64,000 nucleotides of DNA, taken from the NCBI GenBank assembly GCA_021513715.1, contig CP084167.1:3216843-3280842 (forward strand), written 5' to 3'. This document shows positions 30,358 through 40,255 of this stretch, one piece after another (position 1 is the first letter of the stretch; each line of letters opens with the position of its first letter). The position numbers were made by a program, and so were the translations under genes. The notes under the pieces are model-generated. The model did not search any database and was not told where the DNA came from. It saw nothing but the letters and a program-made list of their open reading frames with translations. Source of the DNA: Candidatus Heimdallarchaeum endolithica (lineage in GTDB: Archaea > Asgardarchaeota > Heimdallarchaeia > Heimdallarchaeales > Heimdallarchaeaceae).

Positions 30358-31356
30358 ATGAGCAGATTTTCTCTTAAACTAGAAATATCAGAACAAGAAT
30401 TAAATAAAAAAATAGAAACTTTGAAGAAAATATCCGCTCTTATAGCTTCCAAAATACTAAAAGAACTGAAAATTTATGATTTACTTCAGAGACCTAGATC
30501 ACCTGAAGAAGTTTTCCACATGAATAATTATGTAGGGCTAGAAAAAGATTTTCATTACATTTTTGAAATTTTAGCTGATATGAAACTCCTAGAAAAACAA
30601 GGAGAATTTTATCAAGAAGGACCAACAAGAATTAGTTTAGAGAAAAAATATCAAAATGAAATATTAGAAGAAAATAATGATATATTTAATTCTATAAACT
30701 ACCTTTTTGAGAAAATAAATTCAAAATACATAAGCATCTTGAAAGGAGAGCAAGGAAAATTAAATACTAAAGAATTAATAAATTTTCTAGATTGTTTATA
30801 TGGCTCAGAATTCGTATTTATGATAAGAGAACTGTTTTTTAAACAATTAACGACTAGAGTAAGCATTTTCTCTGAAACTACTAAATTAAATATTTTAAAT
30901 TGGGGAGTAGGTTCAGGATATGATGCAGTACACATTGCTGATTTTTTCGGTTTAAGAGCTTCAATTATAAGTATTGAACCTGACAATGAAGTTTACAGAG
31001 GAAAAGTATTACAAGATTTGTATGAGATTTATAACCTTGATTTTGTTGAAAGATCTGACCTAGAAATTTCACTTTTGTCTGGGACTATTGATCTATTCTT
31101 TGGAACAGGAATATTCTTTTTTGAAAATTTTTCTGATACGGTGAAAATTATTAAGAAATTACTCAAAGATGAAGGGTTCTTTGCCTTGATTATTAATAAG
31201 AATATAGACTTAGCGACAAAATGGGTTTTCTCATTATTTGATAACTATAAAGTTACAGAAGATACAGACTCCCTTATAGCCAAATTCAAACATAATGGTT
31301 TTTCTAGAATAAAATACGTGGGTTTGAATGACAGTTTTGTATTATTGCAAAAATAA
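30358..31356 (+). CDS. class I SAM-dependent methyltransferase (O-MTase-like, N-terminal dimerisation/wH domain)
   Basis: motif I-like 'ILNWGVGSGYDAVHIA', acidic 'IISIEPD'. Confidence 0.5.
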   Translation: MSRFSLKLEISEQELNKKIETLKKISALIASKILKELKIYDLLQRPRSPEEVFHMNNYVGLEKDFHYIFEILADMKLLEKQGEFYQEGPTRISLEKKYQNEILEENNDIFNSINYLFEKINSKYISILKGEQGKLNTKELINFLDCLYGSEFVFMIRELFFKQLTTRVSIFSETTKLNILNWGVGSGYDAVHIADFFGLRASIISIEPDNEVYRGKVLQDLYEIYNLDFVERSDLEISLLSGTIDLFFGTGIFFFENFSDTVKIIKKLLKDEGFFALIINKNIDLATKWVFSLFDNYKVTEDTDSLIAKFKHNGFSRIKYVGLNDSFVLLQK

Positions 31357-31411
31357 AAAAATACAAAATGAAATAAAATAAAGTAAAAAAATATTAAATT
31401 AATTTTTTATT

Positions 31412-32590
31412 CTATTTCTTTTTTGATTCTCCAAGTTTAGATTTTTCAGCTAACTCTGGAATTATTTGTAGAAAAGGCGTAATTGAATTTGCAATTGTTG
31501 AAAATGCATCCTCCTTAGAGCCTGTAACTATCATTTTATCTATTTCTAAGTTTTGGTAAATCTCTGGTAATCTTGAAATAATCATTTCTTGGAAGAAGCG
31601 GTTATCAGCTTTTGCTAGAGCTTGTATTCTTGCTAAGATACCTTCAGCTTCTGCTTTTCTAGCTTCTAAAATCATAGCTGCTTCACCTTTTGCTCTAGAT
31701 TCTAGTTCAAATTGCTTTGCAGCAGCCATTCTACGGATTTTTTCAGCTTCAACGTCAACCTCTGATGCAATTTTTCTGTATTTCTCTGCATTAGCTTCGA
31801 TTTCAACCTTTGTTTGATAGGTTTTAGCTTCTACTTCTGTCCTCTTCTTTTCAAGTTCTTGAATCTTTATTTCTCTGTCTTTTTGTTTTGTTTCGATGTC
31901 TAGCTGTACTCCTTGTCTCTCCATTTCTACTTTTCGTTGAACTTCTAAGTCTCTAAGTTTAGTGGTTTCTTCCATGTCTGCTTTCTTTAATCTAGCAAGT
32001 TTTTCTTGTTCTATTTTCATAATGGCACTGACATTATCTTTTAATTTAGGATCTATAATCTCAATTTCTCTAATTTCAACGCTTTCAACTATTAAACCCC
32101 AATCTCTTGTTAATGTGTGCAATTCTTTGATTACTGACTCAATTATTGCTTGTCTATCACGTATAATCTTTTCTAGTTGCATATTAGCAGTAACAGTCCT
32201 AATAATAGATTCTGTAGCATTTTTGATTATATTTTCGACATAAGCAGGAGAGGCTTGGTCCCATACAACCCTAGCAAAAGCAACTTCTGGGTCAACAACT
32301 CTCCAAAAAACAAAAGCAGTTACTGATATCTCTTGAAATTCTCTGCTAACTACTTTTTCTTTTGCTTCCAAAAAAGTAGATTGTGTAGTTACTGGAATCG
32401 TTCTAATCTCATCGATTAAAGGTAAAACCACAGCTTTTCCTCCTTGTCCTGCTCTGATAACCTTTCCTCCACGAAAATGAATGACGTAAAAACTAGTATC
32501 GAATCTACGATAACGAGATGCGTAAAACATCAATCCAAGAACAACTAAAACAACTATTCCAATAATTAAATAAACATACCATGCGGCCAT
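31412..32590 (-). CDS. SPFH/band-7 protein, flotillin-like, with long coiled coil
   Basis: N-terminal TM; SPFH core; extended E/K/A-rich heptad region 'EQEKLARLKKADMEE...'. Confidence 0.75.
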   Translation of the reverse strand: MAAWYVYLIIGIVVLVVLGLMFYASRYRRFDTSFYVIHFRGGKVIRAGQGGKAVVLPLIDEIRTIPVTTQSTFLEAKEKVVSREFQEISVTAFVFWRVVDPEVAFARVVWDQASPAYVENIIKNATESIIRTVTANMQLEKIIRDRQAIIESVIKELHTLTRDWGLIVESVEIREIEIIDPKLKDNVSAIMKIEQEKLARLKKADMEETTKLRDLEVQRKVEMERQGVQLDIETKQKDREIKIQELEKKRTEVEAKTYQTKVEIEANAEKYRKIASEVDVEAEKIRRMAAAKQFELESRAKGEAAMILEARKAEAEGILARIQALAKADNRFFQEMIISRLPEIYQNLEIDKMIVTGSKEDAFSTIANSITPFLQIIPELAEKSKLGESKKK

Positions 32591-32769
32591 TTTTCTTTCT
32601 CCTCAGTTAGATTCAAGATGTGTTTAGTAATACACTTTTTTAAAGGTATTCAAATAAATGGAGTAAGCAAGGATTTAAAAAATTAAAATTTTATTTATTT
32701 TCTTTTTTCATATCCTTTTTTACATTTATTTTAAAAATAATTTTACTTTAAAAAGAAAAAAAAAGAAAT

Positions 32770-33528
32770 TTAAACTCTATCTACTAAATAATTGTTGTTT
32801 TTAAAAGCGACTATTCTTACTTTTTCTCCTTTCTTGAATTTATCAAAAGGACTAAAGGTTTTAGCATGAAGTTTTGTTAACCCTATGTTATGCCCTAAGT
32901 CAACTACAATAACTCCTCCTTTAGAATCAACTGAAACAAAAACATCAGCTATTTCACCAATAAGCTGTTCCCCCTTTGGAATAGGAATAGAAGTAGTTGC
33001 AGAAAGTTTTTTCCAAGTTTTTGATAAAATCCAGGCTAAGAAGTAAGGGACAATAAAAACACTCACTATACGAATAATTCGTAAACTAAGATAGTCAGAA
33101 GAGATTCGAAGTGTAGAAACTCCTAAAATGCCAAAAATAAGGAAATAGGTTGACATTAAGAGAAATAATGGCGCTGAAGAACGAGTAATATCAATACTTT
33201 CAACCACAGCACTTGGAGTTTTGTGAGGTGCAAGGTCAGAAACATCGCCACCATCACTGGGAACTTCATGATCTCCTATATCATGACTTATATCGTGTCC
33301 TCCTATATCATGACTTATATCGTGTCCTCCTATATCATGACTTATATCATGTCCTCCAAAAGCTTCAGTGATATTTTCAATATTGAGGACGAATGAGAGA
33401 ATAACAAGTAATGTTCCACTAATTAGTAAAGCTAAAGCTATATTCCATAATATTGTTTCAAAATTAAGTAAAAATTCTGGATTCAATTTCTTCTTCCTCT
33501 TTTTCCTTTTTGAATAAAAATAGGACAT
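32770..33528 (-). CDS. NfeD-like membrane protein with C-terminal OB-fold and internal His-rich nonapeptide repeats
   Basis: TM helices plus 'GEKVRIVAFKNNNYLVDRV' OB-fold tail; sits upstream of the SPFH gene as in NfeD-stomatin operons. Confidence 0.65.
   Translation of the reverse strand: MSYFYSKRKKRKKKLNPEFLLNFETILWNIALALLISGTLLVILSFVLNIENITEAFGGHDISHDIGGHDISHDIGGHDISHDIGDHEVPSDGGDVSDLAPHKTPSAVVESIDITRSSAPLFLLMSTYFLIFGILGVSTLRISSDYLSLRIIRIVSVFIVPYFLAWILSKTWKKLSATTSIPIPKGEQLIGEIADVFVSVDSKGGVIVVDLGHNIGLTKLHAKTFSPFDKFKKGEKVRIVAFKNNNYLVDRV
33274..33354 (-). repeat. three perfect or near-perfect tandem 27-bp repeats encoding (GGHDISHDI)x3
   Basis: Direct reading: unit 'tcctatatcatgacttatatcgtgtcc' at 33274-33300, 33301-33327, 33328-33354 (one g->a change in copy 3). 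Confidence 0.9.
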
Positions 33529-33672
33529 GGTGATTTAAAAATCTTGATAAATAAATTTTATTAAAAAAAAAAGACTGATTTTTGAAAAGCATCAAAATGA
33601 GTTAAAATAAAAAAGTTCATTTGATACATACAACTATTTATCTTAAGAAATAATACACTGGATCTGACTTAA

Positions 33673-35064
33673 TTGCATTCTCTAAATGTATGTACAAAAA
33701 TTTTGGAAGAAAACGGTATAAGCTATTCAATATACAACCTTGATTCTGATTCATTTAATATAATAGATTCAAAAGTAAAAAAAAGAATAGAACAGGTAAA
33801 ACAAATTGCAGAGGATTTAAAATATGTAGTAGGAATAATAGGCGGGTTTGTTCGTGATTTGTTGCTGAAAAGACCAAGTAAAGATGTTGATTTTGTGATT
33901 ATTGAAGGTGAGCTGGAAAAATTAACAGAAGAGATTTCAAGAAGATTAAATGCAAAAAAAACTATTATTCACAACCAGACCCTAACTACACAGATACGTT
34001 TTAGTGACGGAATAATATTTGAGTTCAATGCACCTAGGGTAGAAAGTTATGAACCTTTATCTCGTATTCCAAAGGTAAGAAGAGGGACAATAATAGATGA
34101 TTTAACAAGAAGAGATTTCACAATAAACTCTCTTATTCTCTTTGAAGATAAATATATAGATATATTTGATGGAAAAAAAGATCTACTTGAAGGAATTATC
34201 AGAACTACAAGAGAACCACCAATCGTTTTTGCAGAAGATTATTTGAGGATTTTTAGAGCACTAAGATTTGCATGCTTATTAGATTTTAAAATAGAAGAGA
34301 AAACAAAGAAAGGAATAATAGAGAATGCACATCAACTTAGTTTTGTAGCCAAAGAAAGAATAATTGAAGAAATAAGATTAACAGCCAAAAAGAATGTAGT
34401 TTGCTGTTTTAAGTTAATGACGGAACTAGCAATAATTCATCCTCTTTTCCCTGAATTGAAAAATGAAAAAATAAGTGATGAGCATATAATTTCTTTAAAA
34501 TATGAAAAGATAGAAAAAGAACTAGAGATTATTAAACAACAAAAAGAGATTGAATATTTCCTTTGTTTTTTTGCTTTAATAATGAGAGAACAATTTATTG
34601 AAAAAGAAAATTATCTGTCAAGAATTAAATACGAATTAAAAAAATTCAAATTCTCAAAAAAAGAGATAGAAAAAATTTTAATGATTGTAAAATACTCTAA
34701 TATTCTAGTACACCACACTTTTTACCCAGCTTCAAAAAAAGAGTTAAGATTATTATTAAGAGAAATATTTGAAATAAGAAAAGAAGTTATAGCAATAAAT
34801 ATCGCAGAAAATAAAATCCTAAAGAAGAAGAATATTCATTTAGAAAAAATAATAGAAGAGTTAAGAGAACTAAGTAAAGATGAAGAACTAATTTTTATAA
34901 AACCTGCAGTAAGAGGGGATGAATTAATGGAATTAGGAATAAAAAGAATGGAAATAAACCAATGTAAAGAATTTTTAATACATGCTTTGATGGATGAACA
35001 GCTAGAAAATACAAAAGAAGAATGCATAAAATATATTAAACGATATTATCTGAAGAATCAGTAG
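33673..35064 (+). CDS. class II nucleotidyltransferase (PolyA_pol/CCA-adding head-domain family) with long helical C-terminal region
   Basis: 'GGFVRDLLLKRPSKDVDFV' and 'RRDFTINS' signatures. The only in-frame start upstream of the head domain is TTG at 33673. Confidence 0.7.
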   Translation: MHSLNVCTKILEENGISYSIYNLDSDSFNIIDSKVKKRIEQVKQIAEDLKYVVGIIGGFVRDLLLKRPSKDVDFVIIEGELEKLTEEISRRLNAKKTIIHNQTLTTQIRFSDGIIFEFNAPRVESYEPLSRIPKVRRGTIIDDLTRRDFTINSLILFEDKYIDIFDGKKDLLEGIIRTTREPPIVFAEDYLRIFRALRFACLLDFKIEEKTKKGIIENAHQLSFVAKERIIEEIRLTAKKNVVCCFKLMTELAIIHPLFPELKNEKISDEHIISLKYEKIEKELEIIKQQKEIEYFLCFFALIMREQFIEKENYLSRIKYELKKFKFSKKEIEKILMIVKYSNILVHHTFYPASKKELRLLLREIFEIRKEVIAINIAENKILKKKNIHLEKIIEELRELSKDEELIFIKPAVRGDELMELGIKRMEINQCKEFLIHALMDEQLENTKEECIKYIKRYYLKNQ

Positions 35065-35124
35065 TTTAAACAAAAATATGTTTTCTATGTTTTTTAAATT
35101 AGTATATTAAACCTCTAATCAAAA

Positions 35125-37044
35125 ATGAGATTTTCTGTTTTAAAAAATCCGATAACTTTTAATAGAGTAAATACTTGGTTTAATAATATGATTAAATATC
35201 AATATGATATTTCCAACTACTTAGCAATTGAAACAGCAGGAGGAGTAGATTGGCACCCAAATGAAACAAAATTAGTTTTTTCTTATAATGCTCCTGGATT
35301 ATTTCAAATATTTGAAACAAAAGTAAAAGAAGGAATAACAGGAAATGCGATTCAATTATCATCAAGCGAAAATCGTAGTACAGATCCTTGTTTCTTAAGT
35401 GATGGTACAATAGTTTTTCATAGAGACTTTGGAGGAAATGAGAATTTTCAACTCTTTGTTCTTACTAATTCAAATAAGGAACAGAAAATAACTTCTGATT
35501 ATAATGCTAAACATGTTGTTCTATTTGTTTCAGAAAAATACCTATACTATAGGGCAAATGTCACAAACAAATCCAAATTTGAAATTTTCAGGCAAAAAAT
35601 CCCTGTGTTATATAATCAGCCTGAAAGGATTTTTTCTCCAGATAAGGGATTACCTGTTTCTATACTTACTGAAGACGATAATTTGTGTGCTATTGTTATT
35701 TCCTATGGCAATACAAATGAGGAAGTAATATTACTTGATATTAGCGCAGAGAAAGTAAATAATTTAACAGAATCTCTCAAAAATGAGAAAAAGGAGACTT
35801 ATCGTTGGGAGACTGTTCGTTGGATAGATGACTCGCATCTTCTTGTGGCAACTGACTTTAAAAATGATATTAACAGATTGGGTATCCTAAGTACTAATGG
35901 TAATTTTAATGAATTAAACAATTTAGAACAAAAATACGAATTTAATCTTGCTACCTATAGGAAAGGGAGTAACAAAACTTATTTTTCTGTTAATAAAGAA
36001 GGGTTTGATGAATTATTTTGTTGTGAATTTACAACTAAAGGGGTTAAGAATTTAGAAAAAATAAACCTTCCTGCAAAGGGGGTAATATTCTATGGAGACA
36101 CAAGATCGTTTTCTAGAGCTATATCTTTGTCTCATGACTGCAAATTCTTAGCTATTTCCTTTTCTTCATCAACAATTCCTTCATCACCGTGGCTAATTGA
36201 CTTAGAAACAAAGAAAGTATGGCCTGCAATTGATGTGAGAACTGCAGGAATACCTTTAAACTCTTTTGTAGGATGTAAATTGGAAAGATTTTCTAGTTTT
36301 GATCAATTGTCTGTTCCTTACTTTATTTACTATCCTACTAAAGAAAAACCAAAAAGTGGTTTTCCTGTTTTGATACTTGTTCATGGTGGACCAGAATCTC
36401 AAATAAGACCTTATTTTAATCCGGTTATACAATTTTTTGTTGCTGCTGGATATGTTGTAGCAACGCCAAATATTAGAGGAAGCTCAGGATATGGAAGAAA
36501 ATATATGGATCTTGATAATGTAGAAAAAAGGTTAGATTCAATAAAAGACATTGCATTTCTCGCTAATGAATTAAAAAAGAATGAGAAAATAGATCCATCA
36601 AAGCTAGTTGTCTATGGAGCAAGCTATGGAGGATTTGCAGTTTTATCTTCTTTGACAGAATACCCTGATATATGGGCTGCAGGAGTGGATATTGTGGGAA
36701 TATCCAATTTTGTTACTTTTCTACAAAATACAGCTAGTTGGAGAAGAAAATTGCGAGAAGCTGAATACGGTAGCCTTGAAAAAGACTTGGAAGTACTAAA
36801 ATCTATTAGTCCTATTAACAAAATAGATAGAATCCAAGCTCCTTTGTTTATTATCCATGGAGACAATGATGAACGTGTTCCTCTATCTGAAACATTACAA
36901 ATGTATGAAAAAATGAAACAAAAAGGATTGAATGTGGCTCTTCTTCGTTTTTCAGATGAAGGACATGGAATAACAAAATTACCTAATAAAATCAAAGCTT
37001 ATACTAAAATCCTTGAATGGTTAAATACCTTGCTGAAAAATTAA
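35125..37044 (+). CDS. S9-family serine peptidase (prolyl oligopeptidase/acylaminoacyl-peptidase-like) with N-terminal beta-propeller
   Basis: nucleophile elbow 'GASYGG', 'IHGDNDERVP' Asp motif, 'DEGHG' His; 639 aa. Confidence 0.8.
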   Translation: MRFSVLKNPITFNRVNTWFNNMIKYQYDISNYLAIETAGGVDWHPNETKLVFSYNAPGLFQIFETKVKEGITGNAIQLSSSENRSTDPCFLSDGTIVFHRDFGGNENFQLFVLTNSNKEQKITSDYNAKHVVLFVSEKYLYYRANVTNKSKFEIFRQKIPVLYNQPERIFSPDKGLPVSILTEDDNLCAIVISYGNTNEEVILLDISAEKVNNLTESLKNEKKETYRWETVRWIDDSHLLVATDFKNDINRLGILSTNGNFNELNNLEQKYEFNLATYRKGSNKTYFSVNKEGFDELFCCEFTTKGVKNLEKINLPAKGVIFYGDTRSFSRAISLSHDCKFLAISFSSSTIPSSPWLIDLETKKVWPAIDVRTAGIPLNSFVGCKLERFSSFDQLSVPYFIYYPTKEKPKSGFPVLILVHGGPESQIRPYFNPVIQFFVAAGYVVATPNIRGSSGYGRKYMDLDNVEKRLDSIKDIAFLANELKKNEKIDPSKLVVYGASYGGFAVLSSLTEYPDIWAAGVDIVGISNFVTFLQNTASWRRKLREAEYGSLEKDLEVLKSISPINKIDRIQAPLFIIHGDNDERVPLSETLQMYEKMKQKGLNVALLRFSDEGHGITKLPNKIKAYTKILEWLNTLLKN

Positions 37045-37156
37045 CCTTTCATACTTTTTTTCTTCTACTACTTTTATGCTTTAGAAATTGATTATTTTTT
37101 ATGCTTTAAGCGGAAGACTTAAATTTCTTTCGTTTTTATACATTAATGTTATATGA

Positions 37157-37197
37157 CCGTTTTAGCCGCCTAAACGGCAGAATACGAGTTTTTTTAT
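37157..37197 (+). terminator. hairpin (ccgttt/aaacgg stem) followed by a T-tract
   Basis: 6-bp stem with 9-nt loop at 37157-37177, then 'gagttttttta'. Archaeal termination typically uses oligo-T. Confidence 0.25.
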
Positions 37198-37407
37198 TTG
37201 TTTTTTTAAAAACTTTTTCCAAAACTTTTATATACTATAATCGCAATTTAAATTACGGACACCTAAAGTGGTTATGGCAGATTGGTTCTCTATTTTAGCT
37301 AGGAGAAGAAAGTAAAGAAGAGGAAAGAATGTACTAGGGTAGAGGAAGGATTCAAACATTAGTAGAATAATATAGAGAATCACACAGAAGCTTTAGTGTT
37401 TAAATAG

Positions 37408-38361
37408 GTGATAGAAAGAATGAGTCATAGTAATTCATCTAGTGGATATGAAGAGGAGCAAATAACATGTCCTGAGTGTGGAAGTACTGATGTGGTATTA
37501 GATCAAACAAGAGGAGAGCATATTTGTAGAGAATGTGGAACAGTAGTGGAGGACAAGTTAATTGATGATGGGCCAGAGTGGAGGGCATTTACTGCAGAAG
37601 AGCGTTCAAAACGTTCAAGAGTTGGTTCTCCCACAACAATCACAATTCATGATAAAGGTTTAAGTACACAGATTGGATGGGAAGACAGAGACGTTTATGG
37701 TAAAAAATTATCTCCTAAAAGACGTGCTCAAATTTATCGTCTTCGTAAATGGCAAATACGAACAAGAGTGCATAGTTCAATCGATAGAAATCTAGCTTAT
37801 GCAATGTCTGAACTCGATAGATTAGCTTCTCAATTAGGACTTCCTAGAAGTGTAAATGAAACAGCTGCAAATATATATAGAAAAGCAATTGAGAAGAGAC
37901 TGATCAGAGGACGTTCAATAGAAGCAATGATTGGTGCTACAGCCTATGCAGGGGCAAGAATAAGACGTGTTCCCCGGACTTTAGATGAGATAGCTCGCCA
38001 TTCCAGAATTTCGAAGAAAGAACTGGGAAGGTGTTACAGGTTAATTATTCGTGAGTTGAATATTAAAATACCTTTAGCAAACCCAAGAGATTATATTGTA
38101 CGTTTTGCTGCAGAATTAAGATTGAGTGGGAAGACTTCCCAAAAAGCTGTAGAATTGTTGGAAAGAGCTAAAGAGCACAATTTAACAGCAGGAAAAGATC
38201 CAACAGGTTTAGCTGCTGCAGCAATCTATATAGCTGGAATCACAGAAGGAGAACGAAGAACTCAAAGGGAAATAGCTGAAACTGCTACTGTAACAGAGGT
38301 TACTGTAAGAAACAGGTACAAAGAACTTGTTAGAAAATTAAACATAGAAGTAACAATATAA
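37408..38361 (+). CDS. tfb: transcription initiation factor IIB (TFB)
   Basis: N-terminal Zn ribbon 'CPECGS...CRECG', B-finger, two cyclin repeats. The ATG at 37420 is probably the true start. Confidence 0.9.
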   Translation: MIERMSHSNSSSGYEEEQITCPECGSTDVVLDQTRGEHICRECGTVVEDKLIDDGPEWRAFTAEERSKRSRVGSPTTITIHDKGLSTQIGWEDRDVYGKKLSPKRRAQIYRLRKWQIRTRVHSSIDRNLAYAMSELDRLASQLGLPRSVNETAANIYRKAIEKRLIRGRSIEAMIGATAYAGARIRRVPRTLDEIARHSRISKKELGRCYRLIIRELNIKIPLANPRDYIVRFAAELRLSGKTSQKAVELLERAKEHNLTAGKDPTGLAAAAIYIAGITEGERRTQREIAETATVTEVTVRNRYKELVRKLNIEVTI

Positions 38362-38447
38362 AAGTACAAAACATTCATAATATGTATTTGCTCTTTTTTT
38401 CTCTCTCTTTTTTCAAAGAATTTAATAATATAGTTGATTTTCTGTAA

Positions 38448-39989
38448 ATGAGCTTTATGACTGAAGAAAATAGAATAGAAAAAATAATAGATGTTTGTCT
38501 CCGTCGAGGTTTTGTTAATCAATCTGCTGAAATTTATGGTGGATCTTCTGGTTTTTTTGATTTGGGGCCATTAGGAACTCTAATGCGCCAAAAATTGGTG
38601 GATTTTTGGAGACAACTATTTGTACTTGATAATGATAATATCTTTGAAATTGATGGTTCTTTACTCCTTCCTGAAAGCGTCTTTAAAGCTTCTGGACATT
38701 TAGACTCCTTTGAAGATCCTCTAATTCAATGTAAAAGTTGCAAATCTATGTATCGTGCAGACCATATAATTGCTCAGAATACAGGAATAAGCGCTGAAGG
38801 TTTGTCTTTAGAAGAACTTGATAAAATTGTTGAAGAAAATAAAATTGTCTGTCCAAGTTGTAAGGGAGAACTTGACAAAGCAAGGCAGTTTAATTTAATG
38901 TTTAGTACTGGGATTGGGCCTGTAAGTGGTAATAAAGGTTACCTTAGACCAGAAACAGCACAAAATATTTTTGTTAACTTTAAACGTTATGCCTCCTTTA
39001 TGAGGAATAAACTTCCTTTTGGAATTGCACAAGTCGGTAAATCTTTTAGAAATGAGATTTCTCCTAGGAACTTTCTCATAAGAGTTAGAGAATTTGAACA
39101 AATGGAAATAGAAATGTTCTTTGATCCAGAAATGGCAAATAAGTTTTCTCTTTTTGATTTTGTTGAAGATGTTGAAATTAACATTGTTACAAAAGAAATG
39201 CAAGAAAAAGAATGGTCCAAACCTCTATCTATGAGTGTTAAAGACGCTGTTGAAAAAAGAATAATACCTAATCAAGTTATGGGTTACTTTATTGCTATGG
39301 AGAGTGAAATGTTACAAGCATTAGGTATCCCTAAAGAATCATTCTGGTTTAGATTTATGCTACCGCATGAGACTCCACATTATTCTGGCGGTAATCTTGA
39401 TCTTGAAGTAAAACTGTCTATTGGAAACGTAGAAATAATAGGGAATGCCTATAGAACTGATTATGACCTAAAGAAGCATCAAAAAGCTTCTAAATCTACT
39501 TTCACAATAGTGTCTAATAACAAGAAAGTTTTACCCCATGTCGTAGAACCATCTATGGGTGTAGGTAGAATACTTTATACAATTTTGGAATACTGCTATA
39601 GAGAAGATGAAAGTAGAACTTGGTCTTGGTTCAAATTTCCAGCATCAATAGCTCCGATTGAAATAGCTGTTTTTCCATTAATGAAAAAAGATGGACTTGC
39701 AGAATATGCTCAAGATTTACATTTAGACCTTAAGGACGCTGGTTTTGTTTCATTTTATGATGATTCAGGAAAAATAGGAAAAAGATATGCACGAGCAGAC
39801 GAGATTGGGATATTATACTGCATAACTGTGGATTATGAAAGTTTAGAAAAAGATACAGTAACTATCAGAGATAGAGATTCAACTAAACAAGCAAGAGTAC
39901 CCATTGAAGACCTTGAAGATGTTTTAGATGCACTTTTAGAAGAAGAATTAACCTTTGAAGAGCTATTAGAAAACCAGAAAAATAACTAA
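38448..39989 (+). CDS. glyS: glycyl-tRNA synthetase, archaeal/eukaryotic dimeric type
   Basis: class II aaRS motifs; 'FRNEISPR' motif 2 region; C-terminal anticodon-binding domain; 513 aa. Confidence 0.9.
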   Translation: MSFMTEENRIEKIIDVCLRRGFVNQSAEIYGGSSGFFDLGPLGTLMRQKLVDFWRQLFVLDNDNIFEIDGSLLLPESVFKASGHLDSFEDPLIQCKSCKSMYRADHIIAQNTGISAEGLSLEELDKIVEENKIVCPSCKGELDKARQFNLMFSTGIGPVSGNKGYLRPETAQNIFVNFKRYASFMRNKLPFGIAQVGKSFRNEISPRNFLIRVREFEQMEIEMFFDPEMANKFSLFDFVEDVEINIVTKEMQEKEWSKPLSMSVKDAVEKRIIPNQVMGYFIAMESEMLQALGIPKESFWFRFMLPHETPHYSGGNLDLEVKLSIGNVEIIGNAYRTDYDLKKHQKASKSTFTIVSNNKKVLPHVVEPSMGVGRILYTILEYCYREDESRTWSWFKFPASIAPIEIAVFPLMKKDGLAEYAQDLHLDLKDAGFVSFYDDSGKIGKRYARADEIGILYCITVDYESLEKDTVTIRDRDSTKQARVPIEDLEDVLDALLEEELTFEELLENQKNN

Positions 39990-40058
39990 TAGAGCAATAA
40001 ACTTAAACCTTAAAAACAATGTAATAAATGTCAAATTGAATTATAGAAAGTGAGTAGA

Positions 40059-40205
40059 ATGACCAAATATATCTGCCAAAATTGTAAAACAGAAATCACA
40101 CCTAATGATTTAAGACTTCTTCCAGGTGTAAAGTGTCCTAAATGCAGTCATAGAATATTAATTAAGAAACGTTCTCTTATTGCCAAACCAGTAAAAGCAA
40201 GATAA
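40059..40205 (+). CDS. rpoP: DNA-directed RNA polymerase subunit P (Rpb12/RpoP homolog)
   Basis: 48-aa ORF below the ORF-track cutoff: 'MTKYICQNCKTEITPNDLRLLPGVKCPKCSHRILIKKR', matching the Rpb12 Zn-ribbon pattern. Confidence 0.65.
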   Translation: MTKYICQNCKTEITPNDLRLLPGVKCPKCSHRILIKKRSLIAKPVKAR

Positions 40206-40255
40206 TCTTCTTTTTATCCTTATTTTTTTATTTAGTCTATTTAGTCTATTTTTTA

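Noticed and set aside
33274-33354. 27-bp tandem repeats considered as a possible mini CRISPR-like or satellite array
   Set aside because: There are no spacers. The repeats are contiguous and in-frame within the NfeD ORF and encode a His-rich peptide repeat.
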